A DNA stretch of 64,000 nucleotides from the NCBI RefSeq assembly GCF_030144855.1, contig NC_082735.1, positions 25,544,001-25,608,000 on the forward strand. The letters run 5' to 3'. A model generated the notes under the pieces. The model was not told where the DNA came from, searched no databases, and saw nothing but the letters and a program-made list of their open reading frames with translations. Position numbers and translations under genes: made by a program. Numbering within the stretch: the stretch's first letter is position 1; every line of letters starts with the position of its first letter. The stretch is from Hypanus sabinus. Taxonomy: Eukaryota. This document shows, in pieces, positions 26,323-38,900 of this stretch.

Positions 26323-26783
26323 TAACGAAGTGCTGACTTTTGTTTAAGATTTTAAAATTATTAACTTTGTTCAACAAATCTATTAGCATAGTCTCCCATT
26401 ATTGAAGTGTTTGATCAAACCATTGTAAAAATTTGTACATCAAGTTTACCTTCAATAAAAATAGCAAATAACCAGTAATATAAGGACTGGTGTCACATTA
26501 AGTCTTGCTCAACAGTATCTTTGCTCTGAAGCTACCCTTCAAAACTAATGTTTGATCAGTAACTTTCCCCAAGCAGCATAATCAAAGTAAAGCTGAACAG
26601 TGAAGTGATCCATTTGCAAAAACCAGCACTGCTTTTCTAACCTCGACATCTGTAATTTATGGTCAAAGACTTAAACTTTGGCCAGGATTTTTTAAGCTCA
26701 CGTACAGTGTATAAATCTTCATACAAAAACTTCTCAACTTTCAAAATCATCATGTAAAACTTGTTTCCTTTGTCACTCTCTGA

Positions 26784-26924
26784 TTAGGAAACTCCTTTCA
26801 TTTTCAATGTCCAACCATTTTTGGAGGGGAGAGTCAATGGAGAAAGGGGGGACAGGAAAATGAGAATGCCTTTGGTGGGAGAAGTCTTCCATTTCAGAGG
26901 CTGTGGGACTCCCAGCATCGTCAC
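26784..26924 (-). CDS. FUCA1: FUCA1 exon 8 (terminal coding part)
   Basis: [46 protein letters not shown]; ctctag| acceptor, TAA at 26786-26784. Confidence 0.92.
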   Translation of the reverse strand: MTMLGVPQPLKWKTSPTKGILIFLSPLSPLTLPSKNGWTLKMKGVS

Positions 26925-29900
26925 CTAGAGAGATAGCACAAGAACATGAAACAAGATGACATTCAATCGGTCGGGCCCTCCTATTTCCCCAGCAATGTAG
27001 GTACAATCGACTCTATACTGAGCCTACGCCACTTAAATCTCTCAGGAAACTTCTCTCATGAGTAAACCCAAGTAAATTCCAATATCCTTCTTGCCTAACT
27101 CCAGATTTAACTCTTAAGGAAGCCACTGTTTGATGCAGTATTTAGTTTGCTGAACCAGAAGCAAATGCATAGAAGGAGGAGCAGACGATCTGGTCACTTG
27201 TACTATTCTGCCATTCAGTAGGATTGTAGCTGGCTTTTCCCTCAGCAATATCTCGAGCATTATCCCCTCCCCTCAACCCCCTTAATGTCCAAAAATCTAT
27301 CACCGTCTTAAATATATTCAGCAAATGAGCCTCTGCAGTCTTGGGCATAAGAATCCTAAGGTTCACTACCTATTGTGTAAAATCATTCCTGAATGGCTAA
27401 CTCCTTACTCTGAGACTATGTACTCAAATCTTTTAATCAAAATTTATAGCTCGACACATCCCAATAGAGTTTCTTTGGAGAAAATCTTACTGGCTTTAAG
27501 TGCACAAACACAACAGTGTCTATGAACTGATCTATTAAATCTCATTCAACCGTGCACAGTTTGCAGTTTGAATGCTGTCAGCTAAGATGAGCAGGAACAA
27601 AAATGTGGACGGGCAAGGGGTGGTGGATAAGTGAGAACTGATTTACTAAAGCCTGGCTGCAGAGTTAGAATGCTGAATAAATATTCAAGCTGTGCATCAA
27701 GGAGGAGGAATACCACTCCATCAGAAAGATTACCATAAGATATAGGAGCAGAATTAGGCCATTTGGCCCATCGAGTTTGCTCCATTTTATCATGGCTAAC
27801 CCAATTTTCCTCTCAGCCCTAATCTCCTGCCTTCTCCCCATATCCCTACACACCCTGACCAATCAAGAATCTGTCAACTTCTGCGTTAAATATACATAAA
27901 CACTTGGCCTCCACAGCAAAGATTCACCACGCTCTGGCTAAAGAAATTCCTACTCATATCCATTCTAAAAAGACCACCCCTCTATTTTGAGTCTATATCC
28001 TCTGGTCTTGGACTCTCCCACCATAGGAAACATCTTCTCCACCACATCCATTCTTTCCAAGGCCCTTCACCATTCAATAGGTTTCAATGAGGTCACCCCT
28101 CATTCTTCTGAATTTCAGTGAATACAGGCCCAGAGCCATCAAACGCTCTTGATATGACAAGTCATTCAATCCTGGAATCATTTTCGTGAACCTCCTTTGA
28201 ACCCTCTCAAGTTTCAGCACATCCTTTCTAAGATAGGGGGCCTTATAAAGCCTCAAAATTACATCCTTGCTTTTATATTCTAGTCCTTCAGAAATAAATG
28301 CTAATATCGCATTTGCCTTCCTCACCACAGACTCGATCTGCAAATTTCAGGGTAATTTCATCATATTATGATCACCCTCTAATCAATTCTGGTTCATTGC
28401 ACGTCACCCAATCGAGAATAGCTGATACCTGAGTGGGCTCACCCAAGAGCTGCTCTAAAAAGCCGTCTTGTTGGCACACGAGAAATTCCCCCTCCTGGAA
28501 CTCAGCACCAACCTGATATTCCCAATCTACCTGCTTACTGAATTCCCCCATGGCTATGGTAACGTTCGCCTTTTAGCAGGCATTTTCTATCTCCAGTTGT
28601 AATTCGTAGACCACATCCTTAGTACTCTTTCGGCTCTCATCAAGGTCTTTTTACCCTTGCAGATCCTCAGCTCTATCCATAATGATTCAACCCTTCCGAT
28701 CCTATGTCACCTCTTAGCTATGATTTGACTTAACTTTCTACCAACAGAGCAATGTTGCCCCCTCTGCCTTCCTGCCTGTCCTTTCAATACAATGTGTATC
28801 CTTGGACATTAAGCTCCCAGCTGTTATCTTCCAGCCATGATTCCGTGATGCCTACAGCATCGTACCGGCCAACCTGCAACTGTGCTGCGACTTCATCTAC
28901 CTTATTCCATATACTGCGCGCATTCAAATATAACACCTTCAGTCCTGTATTCACCCTTTTCAGTTTTGTCCATCCTTTACGTCCAACTCATCCTGTTGAG
29001 TGCAATTTTGCCCCATCAACAGCCTCTCCTCACTACACATTGCCTCTGTAAACCAGCTACCTCATCTTCAGCACTATCATCTGCCTTTCCTACGACATTT
29101 GCATTGAGACATATGCAGCTCAGGACACTAGTCACACCATGCTCAACCTTTTGATTCCTGACTTTGCAGTCTTACCAACATCTACCTCCACAACCTCTCC
29201 ACCGACTTTTCTGGCACTCTGGTTCCCATTCCCCTGCAACCCTAAGTTTAAACATCACCATGCAGCATTAACAAACCTTCCCACTAGGATATTAGTCTCC
29301 CTCCAATTCAGGTGCAAACTGCCCCTTCTGTACAGGTCCCACTTTCCCTGAAAGAGAGCCCAATGATCCAAAAATCTTATGCCCTCCCTCCTATACCAAC
29401 TCCTTAGCCTTATTTTAAACTGTATAATCTTCCTAGTTCTGGCCTCACCAGCATGTGGCACAGGTAGCAATCCTGAGATCGCAACCCCGGAAGTCCTGCC
29501 CTTTAACTTAGAACCTTACTGTGAACACCCTATTGAGAACCACATCACTCGTCCTACCCATGTCATTGGTACCTACATGGTCCACAGCCTCTGGCTGTCA
29601 CCCTTCCACTTAAGAATACTGAGGACTCAATCTGAGGTATCCCTGACGCTGGCACCTGGGAGGTGACATACCTTCCGGGAAACCTTGTTCTTACCCACAG
29701 AACCTCCTATCCGTTCCCCTAACGAATCTCCTATCACCACAGCGTGCCTCTTCTCTCCCCCCAATCCTTCTGAGTCAGAGGCAGGCTCAGTGCTAGAGAC
29801 CCAACCACTGTGACTTTCCTCTGTTAGGTCATCTCCCCCCGACAGTATCCAAAGTGCTAGGCGTGTTGTTGAGGGCGATAGCCACAGGCTCCTTACTGAC

Positions 29901-32900
29901 TATCACCCAGTTTCCTGTGTCCTGCACCTTGGGAGCAACGACCTCTGTATATGCCCTATCTATCACCCTATCCAGAGTTCATCCAGTTCTAGCTCCAGCT
30001 TCTTAACGTGGTTTGTTAGATGCTTCAGCTGGACGCCCTTCTCGCAGTTGTAGTCGGCAGGGATATTGGAGGTCTCCCTGTGTTCCCACAATCCGCGAGA
30101 GGAGCCTTCAACAATCTCTACTGTCCTAGCTGAGCAAATATAAAGGGCAGGAAAAAAATACTTGAGCTTTTCTCTTCCTTTCTCCAGCTAAAGCCTCCCC
30201 TCACTGAAGCCTCAAGATTACCACTCTGACTCTGCCCACTCAGATGATGGCCACTGCACTGGCCCCTGCCTTCCTTTAATTTGCTCTTGCTAATCAATAC
30301 CGAGTACCAAATGACCTCTTTTTCGCTGTAGTGATCCACTGTGGCCTTTTATTCTTCCCACAGACTATTTTTTAAACAGTGCTTAATCCCAGGGACAAGC
30401 AAAGTATGCGATACGAATACAAAGGATTATCTCAGATATTGTTTGTACATACTTGGAATATTTCAGAACGAAACAGGAAACCTCAGAAGTTAATGGGGGG
30501 GGGGGAAACCAGGAAAAATGTGAATACAACAAAAATATTTATTTATTTAGAGATAAAGCCTCAAACAGGCCCTTCAAGCTCTGCAGCCGCAGTAACTCCC
30601 GACAACCCTGATTTAACCCTAACCTAATCATGGGACAATTTACAATGACCGATTAACCTACTGATGGACTGTTGGGGGGGGGGGGGTGAATAAATGGAGC
30701 ACCCAGGGAAAACCCACTAATTCCACAGGGAAGACCTATAAGGTAGCGTAGTGGTTAGCGCCATGCTCTACAGTACCAGCGGCACGGGTTCAATCTCCGC
30801 CGCTGCCCGCAAGGAGTTTGTAAGCTCTCCCCGTGACCGTGTGGATTTCCTCTGGGTGCTCCGGTTTTCTCCCACAGCCCAAAGGCCTACCTGTTGGTAG
30901 GTTAATTGGTCACCGTAACTTGTCCAGTGATTAGCCTAAGTTAAATCAGCCGTTGCCGGGCTCAACTCCGTGCTGTATTTCAGTAAAGAATAATAAAGAC
31001 TCCTTTGAGAGGACACCGGAATTGAACTCCGAACTCTGACCCGAGCAGAGATCGTGTCAAAGTAACCTCTGCATTACCATGGCACTCCCCCCCACCAATT
31101 TCTGCAGAATACAAGATTGTGAGAAGGAAAAACTTCTTCTCCCAGAGAGTTGTGGGGGTCTGGAATGCACTGCCTCAGAAGGCAGTGGTGGCCAATTCTC
31201 TGGATGCTTTCAAGAAGGAGCTAGATAGGTATCTTATGGATGGGGGAATCAAGGGATATGCGGACAAGGCAGGAACAGGGTATTGATAGTAGATGATCAG
31301 CCATGATCTCAGAATGGCGGTGCAGGCTCGAAGGGCCGAATGGTCTACTTCTGCACCTATTGTCTATAAGAGCAGACAGACTCTTTTTCACAGGGCTTGA
31401 AATATAGCTGGAAACCACAAAACATTATGTATATCAGCAGAATGAGACAACTCAAGAGGAACAATGGATCACTTTCAGAGGCAGGGCATGATGAAAATTA
31501 GGTCATGGCCAAGAACGTGAGTTGCTGAGTGACTACACCACTTTTATAACAAAACCACTAATTAGCATGGTGTAATCATTCTGACTCTTGTATTCCCAGC
31601 TGTGACCTACTTGTCCGAGACGGGAATATCCTTATAATCACAGGGAGATATTATTTCTTCAAGCAAAGTATTTTTATCGTATTTAACAAACATACAAGTT
31701 CCAAAAGTGAGTGGCGGGGCAGAGACACATCTCTACCAAAGGAGGCGCAAGACATCCCCTCCCTCTGCTAGCCTGCAGGTCACCACTGGGCTAGGTGTAG
31801 CATCTGCTTAGCCCCCCTGATCATGTGAAGCCATGCGAGCAGCTGGATGTGTGCTCAGCCCATTGTTCTCTCCCCCCGCCCACAACTGTGCGGCTAGGCA
31901 CAGCTCAAACAGCATCTATAAACTCGCCGATGACACAACTATTGTTGGCAGAATTTCAGACGGTGATGAGGAGGCATAGAGGAGCAAAACAGATCAGCTG
32001 GCTGAGTGGTGTCGCAGCAACTTGCACTCAATATTATGAAGACGAAGGAATTGTGGACTTCAGGAAGGGGAAGTTGAGGGAACACACTCCAGTCCTCATC
32101 GAGGGATCAGCTGTGGAAAAGGGTGAGCAGTTTCAAGTTCGTGGGTGTCAACATCTCTGAAGATCTATCCTGGGCCCAACATAGTGATGCAGTTACAAAG
32201 AAGGCACGACAGTTACTATACTTCATCAGGAGTTTGAGAAGAATTGGTATGTCAGCAAAGACTACTCTCACAAATTTCTACAGAAGTGCTGTGGAGAGCA
32301 TTCTAGCTGGTTCCATCGCTGTCTGGCACGGAGGGGCCACTGCGCAGGTTCAGGAAAGAGCGGCAGAAGGTCGTAAACTCGGCCAGCTCCATTGTGGGCG
32401 CTAGCCTCCCCAGCGTTGAGGACACCTTCAAAAAGGTGGTGCCTCAAAAAGTTGGCATCCATCACAAAGGACCCCCAACACCCAGGACATGCCAACTTCT
32501 CATTGGTATCATCAAGAAGGAAGTACAGGGGCTGGGAGACACACATTCAAGATTTCAGGAACAGCTTCTTGCCCTCCTAATGGACAATGAACTGATGAAT
32601 AATACAGTCGGCCCTCATCTGCGGGTTCCGCATGCACAGATTCAACCAACCGCGGATCAGGAAAACCCAGAAATTTTCTCTCCAGCACTCGTTCGAACAT
32701 TGTTCGCCTCGTGTCTCGTTCGGTCGCTACTTTATTTCTGTGAAAAAATAGCTCCTAAAAAGCAATTAAATGGTCAAAGCAATTCTTTAAAGGCTAAGAG
32801 GGAGCGTAAAGTTCTCATCGAGAAATTAGAAATCTTAGATCTTTTGAAAAGTGGCATATCGCTTGCTGACGTGCTCCTCAGCCCTCAACCTCCACAGGTC

Positions 32901-35900
32901 CTGACTTTAGTATTATTGTGCCTCCTCCAAAGTGTCCTTATTCCCTAAATAATACATTGAAACAACTATCTACATAGCATTTCCATTGTATTAGGTATTA
33001 TAAGTAATCTAGAGATGACTAAAAGTATTACTCATTGTTCGAGCATTGCTTGCCTCGCGTCTCGTTCATTCGGTACTTGTGTTGTGAGCGAGAGGAAGGA
33101 GTTTAAGGCTAGTAAGGGATGGCTGGCTAGCTACGTAAAGCGCTACAGCCTCAAGAACAAAGATCACAGGAGAATCGGGATCAGCTGATGCCGAGACAGC
33201 ATCAGCATTCCCAGAAGAGCTACAAAGGTTGCGTTTGTACTGAACATGAACAGACTTTTTTTTGTCATTATTCTCNNNNNNNNNNNNNNNNNNNNNNNNN
33301 NNNNNNNNNNNNNNNNNNNNNNNNNNNNNNNNNNNNNNNNNNNNNNNNNNNNNNNNNNNNNNNNNNNNNNNNNNNNNNNNNNNNNNNNNNNNNNNNNNNN
33401 NNNNNNNNNNNNNNNNNNNNNNNNNNGGGGGTGTCCCGGAACCAATTCCCTGTGGATAAGGAGGGCTGACTGTACCTCTTTTTTGGCACTATTTAATTAC
33501 TTTTTATGAATACTGATTATAATTTATAGCTTTTTTATTATGCCGCAAAACATCAAAATGCACGACATATGTCAACGATATCGAACCCAATTCTGATTCA
33601 GTACCAAAGGGTTAATACAGAATCAGAGGACAAGAGACAAAGCATTCACCGTGGACTCAGAAGGACATGGAACACAGATAAAAGAAAAATGGTAGTGACA
33701 AAGAAACAAACAGGAAAGAAGCAAACATCAATGAATTGAACAAGAAGAGGAAATGGTTAGCTGAGGAAAGTGGAGTATAAAACTCATTTCTGTCACACTC
33801 AGTCTTGGGAAAACCTGAAGAACGCGTGCACAGTTCTCAGCTCAATGAATACCAGTGTAAAAGCAAAACCAGCGATGGAATTTCATGATCAATTTGTACA
33901 TCAGGACCGACCAGAATCGTTGGGACGCAGATATAACAGGCTTAGTGAAGGCCAGAAGAAACAACAAATCTGAAAAGCTCACGGTGGTGTTCGGCAAAGC
34001 CTTTGGTGAATCCAGCTTCAGAGTATTGTCGGTGGGCCACTTTGTGAATACTGCATAAACTGAAGATCCCTTACTGGTGTACCTGGAAGGAAAAGCACAG
34101 TGTAAAAGTGAGCACCTCATTAAAAGCAGAGCTTTGCAAAAGGTGACTGAAGCATAAACATCATCTGAATAGTCTTATATTTACTGTCAGCAGCTGTTTA
34201 ACTGTTTGATGGGGAAGGGGGAATTTCATTGAAACTTATCAAATGTTGAAAGGCCTCAATAAGGTAGTTGAAGAGGATGTTTCCAGTGGAGTTTAGGACC
34301 AGAGGACGCAGCCTCAGAATAGAGGGATGTCCATTTAGAACAGGCACAACAACAAATTTCTTTAGCCAATGGGTGGTGAATCTGTGGAATTTGTTACCAC
34401 AGGCGGCTGTGGAGGCCAAGTCATAGAGTATATTTAAGGCAGAGGTTGATAAAATTCTTAATTACTTGGGGCATGAAGGGATATGGGGAGAAGGCAGGAG
34501 AATGGGGGCTGAGAGGGAAAAGGGATCAGCCAAGATGAAATGGTGGAGAAGACGTGATGGGCCAGATGGTCTAGCTCTGACTCTTTATCTTCTGGTCAAG
34601 TGGGCACATGGTCCAGTTCAGGAGAATAACCTGGTTCAGATCTCTATACTCTAAGCAATTCTAAGACTGAGTAATCAGTCCATATGGAACTATCTAAAGA
34701 AATCAAAGTAAACATTGAATGTTAAATTGATTCCCTCCACCCTCCACCCCCCACCTATAGTCACAGGCCTGGAACATAAGACCATAAGACATAGGAGCAG
34801 AATTAGGCCATTCAGCCCATCAAGTCTGCTCTGCTATTTCATCATGATCCCATTCAACCCCATACACCTGCACTCTCACTGTATCCCATGATGCTTCAAC
34901 CCATCAGGAATCTAACAACTTCCACTTTGAACATACCCACGGATTTGGCTTCCACCGCAGTCTGCAGCAGAACATTCCACAGATACACTACTCATTGGCT
35001 AAAAAAAAGTCCTCCTTATTTCTGTTCTAAAAGATCACCCCTCAATTTTGAGGCTGTGCCCTCTAGTTCTCTAGGAAACATCCTCTCCACATCCACCTTA
35101 TTTAGTCCTTTCAATATTCAGCAGGTTTGAATAAGTTTCCAACCCCACACCCCCCCGCATTCCTTTAAATTCCAGTGAGTACAGGCCCAAAGCTGCCAAA
35201 CGCTCCTCATATGTTAACCCCTTCATTCCCAAAAGCATCCTCATGAACCTCCTCTGGACTCTCTCCAATGATAACACATCCCTTCTGAGATCAGGGGCCC
35301 AAAACTGTTGACAATACTCCAAGTGCAGCCTGACATCGACTGCTTCCTCCTTCCACAGATACAGCTTGATCGGCTGAGTTTTACCACAATTCTCTGCTTT
35401 TTTGAAGTTTTACAATGATTTCGTTAATCTCTGCTGGGTTCAGATTTCTCTGTATCAATCAACACACCTTTTTTTTTTGCTGGTGGGGGGGGGGGAGGAT
35501 TGTTGCTTGGCTGCTGCTAATGTGGGGGAGGGAGGGAAGCTGGGGGGGGCTTTGGGGTTCTAACATTTAACTGTCATCCATTCTTTGGGGCACTCCTCTG
35601 TTTTTGTGGCTGGTTGTGAAGAAAAAACATTTCAGGATGTATATTACATACATTTCTCTGATACTAAATGTACCTTTGAAACCATTATTGAATATTGATA
35701 TCTTTCCACACGTTTCTAACAATGACATAGTCTCCTGCAATATACAAAAGCTGGCTTATACAAAGATACGTTCTAAAACTAACCAAGACAATAAAACAGA
35801 GCTCCATGGCATCGCATCACTTTGATGGTTAACAGCAGCACACTGGTGATGAACTGAAGAATAAAATACCTTGACATTTTCTCTGCTCTGACAGTAATCT

Positions 35901-38900
35901 GTGGGTCTTTAAGTGTTCAGTCTGCAGACCTGAAGCAGATTTTATAATTAACGCTTACCCCTATAGTCACTGAGAAAAGATGAACAAGCACCAGCACACG
36001 ATTTGCTGCTACGCACACACACACACACAACGACAAGGATGAAAGGCTACCTGCATGTGCTCTTGGTGCCGCCAGTGACCAATGTACAGAGCGTGAAACA
36101 TTACAAGAACAACGTCCCGCGATTCACGTTAAACCCCTACGACAATGAATTTCACGACATTGGCACCTCCAGTCAATTAGAGATGCTGCTTTAGAGGTTT
36201 TCTTTTAAAAACTTGCGGCTTTTACACTTTAGTCGCTGAAGACCTTTATTTTTGTGCAAGTTCGCCAAGGCTAAACCTCGCCTTATTTAGTGAACCCTTT
36301 TACTGCACAGAAACAACATCCTCGCCTCTGCACAGTCAACATCCCTTACTCTACTAATAATGTCTCCCTTCAACAATTATACACCTCTTCTTTAGAACAC
36401 TCGGCCTATCACCTAACATGTCAACTTTCCTTTCTGCCTTCTGTATGATATATACTCTGTGCATGGCCTCTGTACATGACCTTATAGGCATCCGTTAGTT
36501 TCGAGAGACCACGGATTTGCGTCTTGGAAAGTTTCCGGGGTGCAGGCCTGGGCAGGGTTGTATGGGAGACTGGCAGTTGCAGCCCCTCTCCACACCACCG
36601 ACGTTGTCCAAGGGAAGGGCATTAGGACCCATACGGCTTGGCACCGGTGTCGTCACAGAGCAATGTGTGGTTGAGTGCCTTGCTCAAGGACACAACACAC
36701 TGCCCTAGCTGATGCTCAAACTAGCTACCTTCCAATCACTAGACCAATGCCTTAGCCACTTGGACACACGCCAACATGTACATGACCAGAGTTGATGAAA
36801 AGCACATTACTTCAAATTTTCTAACTTATTACAAGACTGCAGGAGGCCATACAGTCCATTCAGCTCCATGCTGGCTCCCAGCAATCTCATCAGTTCCATT
36901 CTGCCTTTCCTGTATTCCCTGTAGCTTACAGCTTGTTCTCTCTCATTTGCCCATTGACACTCCTTTAATTTTTTAGCTATTTACCTACACTACGTGGGAA
37001 GGAAGTTAGATTGATCTTAGAGTAGGTTAATAGGTTGGCACAGCACCTTGGACCGAAGGATCTGTACTTTGCTGTTATGTTTGATGCGTATTATGGGTAA
37101 AAATAAACAACAGAACTACCAACTACTTCTCCAGCCCTTTACAAGCAAAGACATAATGTTGAGGCTTTATAAAACCACGTTGACACCTCACTTGGAGTAT
37201 TGTGAGCAGTTTGAGGCCCCTTATCTAAGAAAGGAAGCGCTGACATTGGAGAGGGTTGGAAGGAAGTTCACAAAAATGACTCCGGGATTGAAAGGCCTAT
37301 CATATGAGGAGGGTCTGATGGCTCTTTGCCTCTACTCAGAGGAATTCAGGAGAATGAGGGGTGACCTCATGGAAACCTATTGAATATTGAAAGGCCCCGA
37401 TAAGTTGGATGTGGAGAGGATGTTGCCTATTGTGTGTCTGGGGGGGTGTTTAAGACCAGGGGACACAGCCTCAGAATAGAGGAACGTTCTTTTAGAGTGG
37501 AGATGAGGAGGAATTTCTGTAGCCATAGAGCGGTGCATCTGTGGAATTCGTTGCCAGAGGCAGCTGTGGAGGCCAAGTCATTGGGTATATTTAAGGCAGA
37601 AGTTGATAGATTCTTGATTAGTCAGGGCATGGAGGGATACGGGGAGAAGGCCAGAGATTGGGGCTGAGAGGGAAAATGGATCAGACATGATGAAATGGCG
37701 GAGCAGACTCGATGAGCCAAACTGCCTAATCCTGCTGCTATTTGTTATGGGTCTTCACCTTTTTCACCCATCACTCCCGTTTCTTTCTTTCTCTCCCACC
37801 CATCTATCACCTTCACTCCTTCACCTCCCCACCCTCACCTTCTTATTCTGGTTCCTTCCCCCCTTCCTTCCCCGTCCTGGTGAAATGTCTTAACCCAGAA
37901 CATCGACGGCCTGACTTGCTGAGTTCCTCCAGCATTTTGTGTGTGTTGAACAAAACTACCAACACAGCGCTGGGGTGTTGGAGAAAAAGACTGGACTCTG
38001 GTAGAATGTCCAGGCACTGCCCGAAATCACTATTGATTCAATATCCTTGGAGGTATTAATTTATATTTCTTAACATACAGCCCGGAGTAGGCCCTTCTGG
38101 TCCTTCGAGCTGTGCCTCCCAGCAATCCCCCAATTTAATTCTATCCTAATCACAGGACAATTTACAATGACCAATTAACCCTCCAACCGGTACACCTTTG
38201 GACTGTGGGAAGAAACCGGAGCACCCGGAGGAAACCCACGCGGTCATCGGGAGAACGTACAAACTCCTTGCAGGTAGCAGCGGGAATTGAACCGGGGTCG
38301 CCGGTACTGCAAAGCGTTGCGCTACCCACTACGCTACCTCTGCTTGCGCCGCTGCTGAACCTGAAGCTGGGAATAAAGAATGGTGCCACAGATGAGGAGA
38401 ACCAGAACAGGCACACTGCATTTAATCCCGATGGACGTTACCATATTATGTTGGAGCCGTTCTCCTTCTGAACTCGCCAGGGTGTCGATGCGTATATCGC
38501 TTCACCGTTAACACGCAGCCACTGTCCCAGTCCACGCAACCTTTCCTCGAAGATGGGGGAGATGGTGCCATCTTTGGTTGGGCCAATATTGAGCAGGAAG
38601 TTGCCACCATAGACAATCGTGTCCAGTAAACTCTGCCAGGAAGAAGGGAGTTATTGCCATTGTCTGCAATATCCACAGTTCCAATCTCAATTTGTTTTTG
38701 CACAACACCACCCTAAGGAGCCTCACTGACCCCACCACCCCCATTTGCTAAGTAAACAGCAAGAGCATCTGACTAATTTTAAGTGTGAAAAATACTTAGC
38801 AAAATGTTTCAGATGATTTGCAAAACATATATGCATTTATGTAGCTGTTTTGAGGAAGCAGGTTCATGGGTTTGGTTAAGTGAGACAGAAGACACTGATT

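Noticed and set aside
24934-33509. ORFs containing X runs at ~24934-25377 and ~33164-33509
   Set aside because: Artefacts of translating through N gaps.
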